Below, piece by piece: positions 1 through 9,231 of a DNA stretch of 64,000 bases. The stretch lies in IMG/VR virus record IMGVR_UViG_3300032102_000006; one strand, written 5' to 3'. The stretch's first letter is position 1. Each line of letters opens with the position of its first letter. Below the pieces are notes generated by a model. It ran no database searches. It was not told the DNA's origin and worked only from the letters and a program-made list of their open reading frames with translations. Origin of the DNA: a virus. The translations under genes were made by a program, and so were the position numbers.

Positions 1-84
1 GATTGCATCAATAATCGACGTCAACTGTTCGTTATTAAAATCACCAAACATAATCAAGGAATTGATTTCTTGAATAGTAGCCAT
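1..84 (-). CDS. Hypothetical protein, N-terminal part (runs off window)
   Basis: ATG at 84 after GGAG SD and promoter cassette; reads MATIQEINSLIMFGDFNNEQ, open to position 1. Confidence 0.7.
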   Translation of the reverse strand, partial: MATIQEINSLIMFGDFNNEQLTSIIDAI

Positions 85-143
85 TTTCTGCTCCGTTTTG
101 TTTACGATACAAGTATTATATTACCAAAACCAATTTGTGTCAA
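85..143 (-). promoter_or_regulatory. Early sigma70 promoter + leader cassette, copy 1
   Basis: TTGACA (143-138), 17 nt, TATAAT (120-115), leader CGTAAACAAAACGGAG. Confidence 0.85.
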
Positions 144-349
144 TTAACCTTATTAAAGGAATACAATGCATAGGCACTTGTAAATTCATTGGCAGGAATT
201 TTTGTAATAGACTCGTAGTCCGATGCTAATTTGTCTCTCAATTCGGCATATCTTTTAAAAGATCGATACAATGCCATTTGGATAATTGGCTGTTCCATAT
301 CCTTGCAAAATAAAGCAATGATTTGTTCTTTTGTTAATGCTTGTTTCAT
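140..349 (-). CDS. Hypothetical protein
   Basis: 69 aa ORF in the co-directional gene run. Confidence 0.6.
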   Translation of the reverse strand: MKQALTKEQIIALFCKDMEQPIIQMALYRSFKRYAELRDKLASDYESITKIPANEFTSAYALYSFNKVN

Positions 350-371
350 TTTAATACCAGTTAGTTAATAA

Positions 372-698
372 TCAGTTAAAGTGCGGTTCCAACAAGGGGG
401 CAAGGTCTGCCTTAACTGCGACCAAGGCGTTGCGTTTTTGTGACAACCTTGCCAAGCTCAACAGGTCTGCAATATCACGAGCCCATCGCCCGCCGGCGAT
501 CCGGATTATGCTCAATTCTTCTGAACAGAAGTCTTGGGCCTGCTCACGGGTCATGGGACGACTCCATCGCCAAAGTTTAGCGCCTGTCCATCGGACGATT
601 TCCTGTTCACATTCGCGCTGGATGCGAGCCTCGCGAGCTTGCAGGTAACCTTCACAGGCACGGATAACAACACTGGCGGGCAGATTAGAATAGCTCAT
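372..698 (-). CDS. Hypothetical protein
   Basis: Start MSYSNL after AGGAG SD. Confidence 0.7.
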   Translation of the reverse strand: MSYSNLPASVVIRACEGYLQAREARIQRECEQEIVRWTGAKLWRWSRPMTREQAQDFCSEELSIIRIAGGRWARDIADLLSLARLSQKRNALVAVKADLAPLLEPHFN

Positions 699-708
699 TC
701 TTGACTCC

Positions 709-1047
709 TTAAACGTATTGCAAATCAGACAAAATATCGGCGCAAGCTGCCAGTTCGTACTGTTCAATCAGGTTGCTCGTAGGGCTAGTGCTTTGTGCAG
801 GATACTTGCTCTTGTGCAGAACACGGTCCATCATAGTAGAACGAATGTTGTCTACTGTAGCAGTGCCGTCTTCTAGGGCGGCGACAATTTGCTTGAGCAC
901 TCGCAGACGAGCAGCCTTTTCAAATGCGCCAGTGCCCCAACTCAATGCATAAGCAGGATCCTTGGCAAATTCTGCGGCAAACTTATCCAAGCTGGCTTGG
1001 CAAGATTCCGCTTGGTTTTGGAAACGCTTGAGCAGTTTTGCAGTCAT
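709..1047 (-). CDS. Hypothetical protein
   Basis: Start MTAKLL directly after the cassette SD AGGAG. Confidence 0.75.
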   Translation of the reverse strand: MTAKLLKRFQNQAESCQASLDKFAAEFAKDPAYALSWGTGAFEKAARLRVLKQIVAALEDGTATVDNIRSTMMDRVLHKSKYPAQSTSPTSNLIEQYELAACADILSDLQYV

Positions 1048-1108
1048 CTTTAACTCCTGTTTGTTTACGCTATGTATCAATTATAGCACCAAAACCAATT
1101 TGTGCCAA
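1048..1108 (-). promoter_or_regulatory. Early promoter + leader cassette, copy 2
   Basis: TTGGCA-17-TATAAT, leader ACATAGCGTAAACAAACAGGAG. Confidence 0.85.
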
Positions 1109-1109
1109 T

Positions 1110-1280
1110 TTAAGAATTGACTGTTTCAAACGGGCTGTATTCTTCTGTAGCTTCCATATCTTCCAAGACATCGTAAACAATGCTAACAGGAATGTCCAGC
1201 AGGGTTGCAATCTTAATCGGCCGGTCGCCTGCGGCCAACATGTCAACGATATCCATGTGCAGTTCACTCATAACGCTCAT
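1110..1280 (-). CDS. Small hypothetical protein (56 aa, possible HTH), not in ORF track
   Basis: MSVMSELHMDIVDMLAAGDRPIKIATLLDIPVSIVYDVL...; ATGA overlap with upstream gene. Confidence 0.65.
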   Translation of the reverse strand: MSVMSELHMDIVDMLAAGDRPIKIATLLDIPVSIVYDVLEDMEATEEYSPFETVNS

Positions 1281-1525
1281 TTTAGATCCTCGGGGTTTTT
1301 AAGAATGTCAAAGAAGTTGTCTCGGTAATACAAAGGTTTTAAGATTTTAAAACGCCATTCACTAAAACGGTTTACAGTTGTTTCTGCCCAGCCGGCAAAA
1401 TCTTCCCTGAACCAAAACGGATTGATCATGACCATAATCACCAGTAGCACCGCAAACGGCACAACTGGCAAGGTAATAGTCCAAAAGGCAAGGTTAAATT
1501 GCCAACTGCGGTTTTCTTTAGACAT
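1277..1525 (-). CDS. Hypothetical membrane protein
   Basis: Hydrophobic segment LPVVPFAVLLVIMVMINPFWF. Confidence 0.65.
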   Translation of the reverse strand: MSKENRSWQFNLAFWTITLPVVPFAVLLVIMVMINPFWFREDFAGWAETTVNRFSEWRFKILKPLYYRDNFFDILKNPEDLK

Positions 1526-1715
1526 CGGACATCTTCATAATTACAGCCAGCTCATCGTTTTCGATGTAGAAGTCTGTAGTAGGATCGTAGTACTGACCTT
1601 CTTTTGGATCGTAGTAAAGAACGCGACCATCGTAGTTAAAAGGACCTTCGAGTCCTGCCCGTGCCCCAAAACGCTCACGCATATTGTCAACAGAATTCAT
1701 AACACGATAACCCAT
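1518..1715 (-). CDS. Hypothetical phage protein
   Basis: Motif LEGPF..GRVLYYDPKEGQYYDP. Confidence 0.7.
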   Translation of the reverse strand: MGYRVMNSVDNMRERFGARAGLEGPFNYDGRVLYYDPKEGQYYDPTTDFYIENDELAVIMKMSDV

Positions 1716-1716
1716 T

Positions 1717-1896
1717 TTAGTTTACCTCATTGACTACTAGTGTGACACAAGCTCGATCGCCATATTCTTTATCTTCGGGACAGAAAAATACGGCATCAAT
1801 GTCTTCGATAAAATTGCCATTGGCTTCGTCATTGACGCTGACAGGCAAGTTAGGATCACACTGCTGAAGTTTAGCAATCAATTCTGCTACAGTCAT
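1717..1896 (-). CDS. Small hypothetical protein (59 aa), not in ORF track
   Basis: MTVAELIAKLQQCDPNLPV... after cassette SD. Confidence 0.7.
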   Translation of the reverse strand: MTVAELIAKLQQCDPNLPVSVNDEANGNFIEDIDAVFFCPEDKEYGDRACVTLVVNEVN

Positions 1897-1957
1897 CGTC
1901 TGCTCCTGTTTGTTTACGCTATGTATCTATTATAACGTAGACGTCAATTTGTGTCAA
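1897..1957 (-). promoter_or_regulatory. Early promoter + leader cassette, copy 3
   Basis: TTGACA-17-TATAAT plus conserved leader. Confidence 0.85.
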
Positions 1958-2472
1958 AATATTTCGCCGACTGTTTTTTTCAGTCTGATCAACAGGGTGA
2001 TTCGTTGCGAACTGTTATTGTTTATAACTGCATGCGGCACATTTACTTTTATAATATGCGGACTTGTTAGTTCAAGTTTATCTTTTAGTGTGCAGGATTG
2101 TTGTTTATAATGATAATAAATTACACCAGTATATAATTGCAGCTTAATCGGCTCGCTAGTAGATTCATAAAACTCCACAAACGTATTTTCGCAGCCAACT
2201 ATAGGAATATTCAAACTATAATCATAAGCAGTATTATCTGTATGAATTGGATTGGGCTTTGTTGTCACATAAAAGCCAAAACCCATAACATGGTCTAATA
2301 ATCCTAATCTAATTAAGTTATCCTTTAACTCGGGAATAGAAAGAAAACTGTTTAAATTATCATCTATATAAAATAACTTATTCTTTTCAAAGTCATCTTT
2401 CGGAAAAAGATCAAATACCTTTTTCTGTATAATTTCTAAATTATCAAATTCTACTGCTTTATAATATTGCAT
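1954..2472 (-). CDS. Putative 2OG-Fe(II) oxygenase / cupin-like protein
   Basis: HxD (PIHTD), later H (PHAV) and R (RITL) spacing. Confidence 0.5.
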   Translation of the reverse strand: MQYYKAVEFDNLEIIQKKVFDLFPKDDFEKNKLFYIDDNLNSFLSIPELKDNLIRLGLLDHVMGFGFYVTTKPNPIHTDNTAYDYSLNIPIVGCENTFVEFYESTSEPIKLQLYTGVIYYHYKQQSCTLKDKLELTSPHIIKVNVPHAVINNNSSQRITLLIRLKKTVGEIF

Positions 2473-3230
2473 TACTTACTACCTATTTCATTCATTAAGT
2501 TGGCGATATTCTTCGATCGTTCTTGCACCGATAAATTCCCTAGACTAACCACAGCAAACAAACCGCCATCTTTTTCAACTAGCATAGCCAAACACCGACC
2601 TGCTGGATTAGTAAATCCCGTTTTAGTGAGAACAATATTATCATATGACCACATCTGCGGGTTGGTGTTTTTTAAATTTACTTTAACTATCTTTGCACCT
2701 CTGCGGTATTCTGTGCTATAAGTTTTCTCTACGCTTAACGCCTGTATCAACATATATTTACGTAAAGTGAACAAGAAATCACGAAGGTCGTCAACTGTAC
2801 TTTTATTGCCAGGTAGTAAACCAGTGCTGTCTACAATTACAGTATTCTTAAGTGCCATATCGCCGACTCGTGTATTGACGTCTTGTATAAACCGTTCAAA
2901 ACCACCAGGATGGGCATGAGCTAGCGTTTCTGCCGCCAAGTTGTCGCTGCTCATCAACATGGCGCGAAGTAGTTCATAACGAGATATTAAAGTGCCCCGG
3001 GCAAATCTGCCTGTAGCTTTACCCCTAACTTGAACCAATTCTCTTAAATCAACGCCGCTGTCTAATACTGTTTGCGCGGTGAATAGTTTTGTAATGCTAG
3101 CAATGCTACGAACTTCGTCTGTGTTCTTGCTGTGTTGGTATTCTACTGAGGCAAAATCAAATACCCCATAGCTGGCAGTAGCCCATGATAGTGCAGGCAA
3201 GAGCAAAAGAGCTATTAAAAGTTTTTTCAT
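2472..3230 (-). CDS. D-alanyl-D-alanine carboxy/endopeptidase (peptidase S11, PBP7-like)
   Basis: Signal peptide MKKLLIALLLLPALSWA; SxxK (SITK), SxN (SDN), KTG motifs. Confidence 0.9.
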   Translation of the reverse strand: MKKLLIALLLLPALSWATASYGVFDFASVEYQHSKNTDEVRSIASITKLFTAQTVLDSGVDLRELVQVRGKATGRFARGTLISRYELLRAMLMSSDNLAAETLAHAHPGGFERFIQDVNTRVGDMALKNTVIVDSTGLLPGNKSTVDDLRDFLFTLRKYMLIQALSVEKTYSTEYRRGAKIVKVNLKNTNPQMWSYDNIVLTKTGFTNPAGRCLAMLVEKDGGLFAVVSLGNLSVQERSKNIANLMNEIGSK

Positions 3231-3400
3231 GTGATTCCCCAAGTAAGTCGTGTTAGAAGTTCTTCTTCGCTGTTTTTCATTTCTAAATAATAAACGCCGT
3301 GAAGTGAATTTGATAACAAGGTATTGATAGTATATTTAAACTTTTTCTCATTGAGCCAGTTTAACACATCACTGACTTTTTTACGACCTACTACTGTCAT
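3227..3400 (-). CDS. Array member (57 aa), not in ORF track
   Basis: MTVVGRKK...EEELLTRLTWGIT; ATGA overlap with peptidase start. Confidence 0.7.
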   Translation of the reverse strand: MTVVGRKKVSDVLNWLNEKKFKYTINTLLSNSLHGVYYLEMKNSEEELLTRLTWGIT

Positions 3401-3401
3401 A

Positions 3402-3671
3402 TTATGACCACTTTAGCTTAAACATCATAGCATCTTCCTGTAATTGGAAGATATAGTCGGTATGACTTTTAATATGATACTTGCCACGAGGCATTGTAGT
3501 AAGCCATTCTTCTACTTGTTTTAGTAAGGCATGATTAAAACTGAGATTTCGACAATCCACAACGGGATGCCAGCCAAACGTCTTATACATACTAAACAAT
3601 ATTTCAGCATCAATTTCCTTGCGAATCTCTTCTGCAAGTATATCTTCGTATTCTTTTAACGCTTTATTCAT
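3402..3671 (-). CDS. Array member
   Basis: Ends QEDAMMFKLKWS. Confidence 0.8.
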   Translation of the reverse strand: MNKALKEYEDILAEEIRKEIDAEILFSMYKTFGWHPVVDCRNLSFNHALLKQVEEWLTTMPRGKYHIKSHTDYIFQLQEDAMMFKLKWS

Positions 3672-3964
3672 TGCGCACCCCACCGCAATTTTAACATCAA
3701 GTAAAATTCCTCATGCACATCAAATTGATCAAAATGCACATACCATTTGTTATCGATAAGATTATCCCATTGAGTGTGTTCACCTGGCTGTTGCCTAATC
3801 CATGCTGCAACAGGCTCGGTGCATTTAATAGTATACCACATGCAGCCATCAACTTCTGCACTGGTCAGTTCGCTGTATAATTTGTCTGTCATTTCATTTA
3901 TTTCTCGCCACATTTGAGACATAATGCTTTTGCCCACACGGCGACCTGCCATTACAATATCCAT
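3668..3964 (-). CDS. Array member
   Basis: Ends EEFYLMLKLRWGAQ. Confidence 0.8.
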   Translation of the reverse strand: MDIVMAGRRVGKSIMSQMWREINEMTDKLYSELTSAEVDGCMWYTIKCTEPVAAWIRQQPGEHTQWDNLIDNKWYVHFDQFDVHEEFYLMLKLRWGAQ

Positions 3965-4270
3965 TTATTCCCCAAATCTCAATTTATACATCATCAGCAT
4001 TTCTTCCGATTCAAACAATAACATCCAATCGTGTTTAAAGTCTAAAGTTTTTTTAAAAGCATCTTCCATTTTAACAAACATCCAGGAGCAGTTGTCAAAA
4101 TCCAAGCCCATGTACATAGGACGGTTAACGTTAGCAGGCGGTCCATACGTGTCTACTAACCATCCTACTCGTGTGCTAATCAAACTACTAAGTGGTATAA
4201 AATGATGCACCCAGCCCTTATCAAGTAAGCTACGTGCTCTTATCCAATCTTCGTTTACTAGTGCTGCCAT
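3965..4270 (-). CDS. Array member
   Basis: Ends FESEEMLMMYKLRFGE. Confidence 0.8.
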   Translation of the reverse strand: MAALVNEDWIRARSLLDKGWVHHFIPLSSLISTRVGWLVDTYGPPANVNRPMYMGLDFDNCSWMFVKMEDAFKKTLDFKHDWMLLFESEEMLMMYKLRFGE

Positions 4271-4557
4271 TATTTTTCCATATTAAAATAATCTTCGTCT
4301 TTGTAAGCTAACAGTTCAAATAAAGTTGCGTACTGCACTTCGGGCTCCGTATGAAATCCCGTTCCCCATACTACCCAAACTCTACGTTTAAATACTCGCT
4401 CCCACCAAATACGCTTTCCCGAAACAGTAGTGACCCAGGGAAACCAAACAAATACTTCACGCCAAGGATAGCAGTCTGCACCGTTTTCTATTACTTGTGA
4501 AATTTTCACTAGCTTTAATCCTGTTGGTCTAAATTTTGCTATGCCGTTATAACTCAA
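4270..4557 (-). CDS. Hypothetical protein inside the array (lacks the motif)
   Basis: Trp-rich WREVFVWFPW..SGKRIWW; probable TTG start overlapping upstream TGA. Confidence 0.6.
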   Translation of the reverse strand: MSYNGIAKFRPTGLKLVKISQVIENGADCYPWREVFVWFPWVTTVSGKRIWWERVFKRRVWVVWGTGFHTEPEVQYATLFELLAYKDEDYFNMEK

Positions 4558-4799
4558 AACAAATCCCAACGTAGTGCAAACAACATTCGCTGTTCTTGAT
4601 CTTTTACACGCCAAAGATGTACCTTAAATATGCTAGCAGCAGTGCTATGACTATAAGTACCTTGCGGCACAGTGACATCAATATGATTTATATTGCACCA
4701 TGCAACTACATCGTCAAAGAGTCGAGAAGGAACCATAATGTCGCGCTCATCGCTTATAAGTTTTAAGCCGTTAGTTTCGATGAATGTTTTTTGAGCCAT
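4554..4799 (-). CDS. Array member
   Basis: Ends EQRMLFALRWDLF. Confidence 0.8.
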   Translation of the reverse strand: MAQKTFIETNGLKLISDERDIMVPSRLFDDVVAWCNINHIDVTVPQGTYSHSTAASIFKVHLWRVKDQEQRMLFALRWDLF

Positions 4800-5209
4800 T
4801 AGGCCCACCTCAATATAAAATTAAACATATCGAGTTCATTTTTAAAAGCGGCAAAATAATAGTCGCCGCCGCCCAATTCGTTTGTACACCAATCTCCTTG
4901 GCTGTCTTTGACACAGCGAAAACCATCAAACCTAACTTTACTTTCGCAGTAGAATTTTGCCCAATCAACTATTTCGGCAGAACCGTCAAATCCCAAGTCC
5001 CACTGATATATTTGATGACTGCGATTTTCAAAACAATAAACATACGGGTAGCCGTGATAAAAATCTCGGATTCTTGTAGCAGGATAAAATACGTCAGGAT
5101 CTGTTTGACGGAGATATTGTTCCCAATTATTACAGCAGTGTTTCTTTAGGAAACGTTGATCTTGCCACGCTTGATATCGTTCTTTAATGACTTTGATAAA
5201 CTGCATCAT
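4799..5209 (-). CDS. Array member
   Basis: Ends FKNELDMFNFILRWA. Confidence 0.8.
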   Translation of the reverse strand: MMQFIKVIKERYQAWQDQRFLKKHCCNNWEQYLRQTDPDVFYPATRIRDFYHGYPYVYCFENRSHQIYQWDLGFDGSAEIVDWAKFYCESKVRFDGFRCVKDSQGDWCTNELGGGDYYFAAFKNELDMFNFILRWA

Positions 5210-5445
5210 TCGCCGCCCCAAGTTAGCTTAAACATTAGCGCAGCCTTATCCCATTCAAACTGAACAACTTCGTATTCTTTACCAGCATGTACGGTTTTCC
5301 ACTCAACATGAAAACGACGAAAGTACGCTCCTTCGTCGTCAAATGCTTCGCACCATTTATACATTTCTTCAGTGCATTTGGCTACCTTAACCCTATATCT
5401 AAAGTAAGGTCTATTATTGCCGCCATCACTCCAAAAGTATTCCAT
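5206..5445 (-). CDS. Array member
   Basis: Ends FEWDKAALMFKLTWGGE. Confidence 0.8.
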   Translation of the reverse strand: MEYFWSDGGNNRPYFRYRVKVAKCTEEMYKWCEAFDDEGAYFRRFHVEWKTVHAGKEYEVVQFEWDKAALMFKLTWGGE

Positions 5446-5684
5446 TAGTATCCGTACCTTAACTTATGAAATAAATACTCGTTTTCATTGACCCAGTATA
5501 TTTCAACAACATCGGATCCTGGGCCTTTAATAATCCTAACGCCTCGCATAGCAGGGCGCAGCCACATCCACGACTGAGATAACCAACACTTGCGAGGGAT
5601 AAAACAAAATCGGCGACTCCACGTTGCTATCTTAAAATAAAAGACATTGTGCTCGTACCAGTATTCATCATATTCTGGTTTCAT
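5445..5684 (-). CDS. Array member (divergent)
   Basis: Ends ENEYLFHKLRYGY. Confidence 0.7.
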   Translation of the reverse strand: MKPEYDEYWYEHNVFYFKIATWSRRFCFIPRKCWLSQSWMWLRPAMRGVRIIKGPGSDVVEIYWVNENEYLFHKLRYGY

Positions 5685-5980
5685 AGCGACCCCCAACGTA
5701 AGGCAAACATAGTAGCGTCTTCGGGAGTTTCGAACCAAAAGTTATTGCCCGACCATGCATAGTGTTCTCGACCAAAAGTTTGATTACACCATTCGTGCAG
5801 TTCTTGCCATTGCGAAATGCTTGCAGGGACGACACTATAATATCCTCCCTCTGCGAACACCGATCCCCAGTCTTTAATCTCTCGGTGAACCCAGCCCATT
5901 AAAACTTCAGCAGCAGACTGATTTCGATACCTACGATCGTGTTCTTCTTGTGTTTTATTGATAAACTCACGTATATTCAT
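5681..5980 (-). CDS. Array member
   Basis: Ends FETPEDATMFALRWGSL. Confidence 0.8.
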   Translation of the reverse strand: MNIREFINKTQEEHDRRYRNQSAAEVLMGWVHREIKDWGSVFAEGGYYSVVPASISQWQELHEWCNQTFGREHYAWSGNNFWFETPEDATMFALRWGSL

Positions 5981-5982
5981 AG

Positions 5983-6363
5983 CTATGACCATTTTAGTTT
6001 AGCTATTATAGCAGTATTTCGATATTTGTGTCTAATTTTAATTAGCAAAGTATCACTTTGGTGATCATCATATAATGTGACTTGCCCAACACGCCAATCC
6101 CAATCCCAGCCCTGCTTGCCGACATTCTGTTCCAGCCAAGGTCTATAATGGTCGTTTGGGTCTGAGGATTCCACGGCAGTCTGGCCGCCGTCTGGGTCTT
6201 CATCCAGCACAGCCCAACCTCTAGGCCATTTTACTTCTATGATAGTGCCGGGCATAAACTGCCACCATAAGGCTTGCTTTATACCAAATCGTTTGTGTAT
6301 TTCCCAACGTGCCATTTGTCTTTGTGTTTTTTCTGTTATCCAAGGTGCCTGATAAAACTTCAC
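5983..6363 (-). CDS. Array member
   Basis: GTG start; ends AIIAKLKWS then TAG. Confidence 0.8.
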   Translation of the reverse strand: MKFYQAPWITEKTQRQMARWEIHKRFGIKQALWWQFMPGTIIEVKWPRGWAVLDEDPDGGQTAVESSDPNDHYRPWLEQNVGKQGWDWDWRVGQVTLYDDHQSDTLLIKIRHKYRNTAIIAKLKWS

Positions 6364-6608
6364 GACCACCTCAATATAAACATCAAAAGGTCTTCTTCAT
6401 TACTAAAATATATTTCACCATAATGAATATCATCGGCCCACCTAGTTCTTTGCGTATTGTGAATAAATCCAGGTTCTCCGAATGTATTGTAGCACCACTT
6501 GGCAATATCATAATAGTTTTTCGGAGTAGTAAATGCTGCCACATACCATCTTGCTATTTCCGGCTCTTGTGCATCGTAGTTCTTTTGTGTATATGTATGA
6601 ATAAACAT
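6360..6608 (-). CDS. Array member
   Basis: Ends FSNEEDLLMFILRWS. Confidence 0.8.
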   Translation of the reverse strand: MFIHTYTQKNYDAQEPEIARWYVAAFTTPKNYYDIAKWCYNTFGEPGFIHNTQRTRWADDIHYGEIYFSNEEDLLMFILRWS

Positions 6609-6829
6609 TATGAATACTTTAACGCACAAAGCATGGCATGTTCTTCGTTTGCAAACCATGCATTACAATAGCGTCCCATGCCGTGAAACCGCAGCTCATA
6701 CATATCCGGTTGCCAATCTGTAATTTCGTCAAGCCATGCTCTCAGTTGGTTGATTTCAATTAAACGATTTTCCAAGTCCCACCAGTTTCTTACTTTAACA
6801 GGGACTTTGATTAGTTTATTGTCTATCAT
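6608..6829 (-). CDS. Array member
   Basis: Ends FANEEHAMLCALKYS. Confidence 0.8.
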   Translation of the reverse strand: MIDNKLIKVPVKVRNWWDLENRLIEINQLRAWLDEITDWQPDMYELRFHGMGRYCNAWFANEEHAMLCALKYS

Positions 6830-7098
6830 GCAAACCTCAGCGAAAACATCATAGCATCGTCCTTGGCGGCGAACCACCATGTATCCAAAAGAGTGTCGCC
6901 GGGCTGTCTATTATACTTGTTTGATCCGGCAACACAACACCATTTACCATCAGCTTCCCAGTCAAATCGTTTATAACTTGTTTCTTCATCGTCCCAAGGA
7001 TAGGGCTTACCGACATTAGACTGCAACCATTCAGTCATAGCGTCTAATGCATCTTCTTCGTATGTGTGAGGGACATCTACTTTATATTCTGGTCTCAT
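6826..7098 (-). CDS. Array member
   Basis: Ends FAAKDDAMMFSLRFA. Confidence 0.8.
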   Translation of the reverse strand: MRPEYKVDVPHTYEEDALDAMTEWLQSNVGKPYPWDDEETSYKRFDWEADGKWCCVAGSNKYNRQPGDTLLDTWWFAAKDDAMMFSLRFA

Positions 7099-7295
7099 TG
7101 CCCCCACCTTAAACTAAACATAACAGCGTCTTCGGGGTATTCAAACCACCAAGATGGAGCACCGTAAAACCGATAAAATCTACCTGTGCTGGGTTGCCTT
7201 TTACACCACAAAAATTTCTCTTTCTTGAGGTCGGTGCCGGCCACGCTAACCTTAGTCCAGGATCTGTGCTCTTTATTTTTGTTCCAGAACTTCAC
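7095..7295 (-). CDS. Array member
   Basis: Ends FEYPEDAVMFSLRWGQ. Confidence 0.8.
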   Translation of the reverse strand: MKFWNKNKEHRSWTKVSVAGTDLKKEKFLWCKRQPSTGRFYRFYGAPSWWFEYPEDAVMFSLRWGQ

Positions 7296-7456
7296 GACCA
7301 CCTCAACAAAAATAACATCTTTGCACCTTTAGTTAGAAATAAAATACTCTCCCAGCCGTGATAGACATACTCATCAGGGATCTGTTGCTCGCACCAGGCT
7401 ACGAGTTCTGTTATTGGTGCTACACCATTATACTGCCAGTACAACGGGTTTCTCAT
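7292..7456 (-). CDS. Array member (54 aa), not in ORF track
   Basis: MRNPLYWQY...ELVAWCEQQ...AKMLFLLRWS; overlaps both neighbours by 4 nt. Confidence 0.8.
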   Translation of the reverse strand: MRNPLYWQYNGVAPITELVAWCEQQIPDEYVYHGWESILFLTKGAKMLFLLRWS

Positions 7457-7704
7457 GACCACCTCAATGAGAATCTAAAAGCAACTTCTTGGTCTCTAAA
7501 AAAGTAAATTGTGCGATGATCAGGATCTGTTAGATTGTCGCCGGGATAGCACCAAGCGTCATAATCATAATTCCCGTCAGGACAGTTTTCACTTAACCAC
7601 TGGCCGCGGAGAATTTGATCCTGCATAAAGACGCCGGTGTTGCGTATAACAACCGGATGCCAATCTTCGCAAGTTTCGTATAAATGTCCGTCGTATGTTT
7701 TCAT
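7453..7704 (-). CDS. Array member
   Basis: Ends FRDQEVAFRFSLRWS. Confidence 0.8.
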   Translation of the reverse strand: MKTYDGHLYETCEDWHPVVIRNTGVFMQDQILRGQWLSENCPDGNYDYDAWCYPGDNLTDPDHRTIYFFRDQEVAFRFSLRWS

Positions 7705-7931
7705 GACCACCTTAATGCACACATAGTTGCTAACTCAGCATCGTTTATCCTAATAAGATACCTATATCTGCCAGGGTTTGATTCATTGACTAATGATCCA
7801 AAATGATTCATTGTCCAGCCTTGTCCCTTCCATTCAACGATAGGTCTACTCCAAAGTAAGTCGCCTACATTTTCCTGTAGCCATTCTACAACTTCGTCGT
7901 GAAATCCATTTGTTTTAACTTCGTAGGGCAT
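7701..7931 (-). CDS. Array member
   Basis: Ends DAELATMCALRWS. Confidence 0.8.
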   Translation of the reverse strand: MPYEVKTNGFHDEVVEWLQENVGDLLWSRPIVEWKGQGWTMNHFGSLVNESNPGRYRYLIRINDAELATMCALRWS

Positions 7932-8215
7932 TAGCTGTATTTTAACACAAACATGGTATATGCTTCAATATTGACTAACTCAAAACCTGCCAGCATCTGT
8001 TGATTTTCGCCAATATATTTTCTCCAAAAACACCTAACGCCGCTTGCTTGTTCTAGATCGTTTAGATCAATATATCGATATTGATCAGGAGTATAACCAA
8101 CATACTGACTAAATCTTTTTTGTTTAGACCAAGTGTCTACTTGCTTTAGAAAATCTTCTCTGATTCTGAATTGTTCGTAGATACTAATATCATTTGGTAT
8201 TAGACGTTTTTTCAT
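7931..8215 (-). CDS. Array member
   Basis: Ends EAYTMFVLKYS. Confidence 0.75.
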   Translation of the reverse strand: MKKRLIPNDISIYEQFRIREDFLKQVDTWSKQKRFSQYVGYTPDQYRYIDLNDLEQASGVRCFWRKYIGENQQMLAGFELVNIEAYTMFVLKYS

Positions 8216-8574
8216 TCTACTAACTTTTTCAAAAACTCATATTTCTTAACAGCTTCTTCTACATCTCGCCAAGCAGACTCTAGTGCAGGGTTGATAGATT
8301 TTAAGGACTTAATATGGATACTAGGGGGATCTTGATCAGTCCAGCCATCAGGATCCGCATCAGTCCAATAATAGACAATACAAGTTCTAGGAAATGATGA
8401 CCTCACTTCACTTTCATACTCATACCACTGATTGGTTTTCTTGTGGTAATACAAGTAGCCATTGTGATGATCGCCATCAGCCATACCGCCCATGCCGAAT
8501 CCACGATAAGTGAGATAAGACCCAGACTTATCAGGCTGACGTTCTTCTGTTCTAAACCAAATACTTGTTCTCAT
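8212..8574 (-). CDS. Hypothetical protein inside the array (DUF551-like N-terminus, lacks the motif)
   Basis: WFRTEERQP..SGSYL pattern. Confidence 0.55.
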   Translation of the reverse strand: MRTSIWFRTEERQPDKSGSYLTYRGFGMGGMADGDHHNGYLYYHKKTNQWYEYESEVRSSFPRTCIVYYWTDADPDGWTDQDPPSIHIKSLKSINPALESAWRDVEEAVKKYEFLKKLVE

Positions 8575-8783
8575 GACCACTTTAATTTAAACATCAATGC
8601 GTCGTCGCCCGACTTAAAATAAAAATCTGTGCGATTGTAATGATAGACAGCATTCCAATTAGATTTAAAGGCACCCAGTCTATCTGCTAACCAAATCTCG
8701 ACATCGTCTATTTTCAGCCTAGTATCGTCTACACCGTCTAATGTCACACAATGCGGCCATAACTCTTTCTTTAAAACTCTCAT
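8571..8783 (-). CDS. Array member
   Basis: Ends FKSGDDALMFKLKWS. Confidence 0.8.
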   Translation of the reverse strand: MRVLKKELWPHCVTLDGVDDTRLKIDDVEIWLADRLGAFKSNWNAVYHYNRTDFYFKSGDDALMFKLKWS

Positions 8784-9037
8784 ACTTGCCACCTAAGTTT
8801 AAACATCATACATTCTTCATCACTGGTAATTGACACAGTGTACATAGGATCACCGCTATTAAAACGATGGATACATTCTGCTGTTGGGCAGTTGGTTTCC
8901 ATCCATTGTTCAAACTCTCGATCGTCTTCAGGGTAGACCCAACAGGTCCAACTGCGCGGTGGCACCATAGGAAAATTGCTACCGGGATTGATAGAATCTA
9001 CGCCGTTGTGGAACGACCAATGGTAAACTCGTGTCAT
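8780..9037 (-). CDS. Array member
   Basis: Ends DEECMMFKLRWQV. Confidence 0.8.
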   Translation of the reverse strand: MTRVYHWSFHNGVDSINPGSNFPMVPPRSWTCWVYPEDDREFEQWMETNCPTAECIHRFNSGDPMYTVSITSDEECMMFKLRWQV

Positions 9038-9231
9038 GTGTGCTTTAATGTAAACATCAGATATTGTTCTTTGTTTGCAACTTTATATTCGCTACTAATA
9101 TGGCCTTCTGTATAACAAATTACAATACCCGTTTTTTCTAAAACGTAATCATCAAAATCATTGCCAGGCTTTTGACGCGACCATTCTGTCTTTAAATTTC
9201 TCAAGACAGTCCAGTATTCAATGCGTGTCAT
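9034..9231 (-). CDS. Array member
   Basis: Ends KEQYLMFTLKHT. Confidence 0.75.
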   Translation of the reverse strand: MTRIEYWTVLRNLKTEWSRQKPGNDFDDYVLEKTGIVICYTEGHISSEYKVANKEQYLMFTLKHT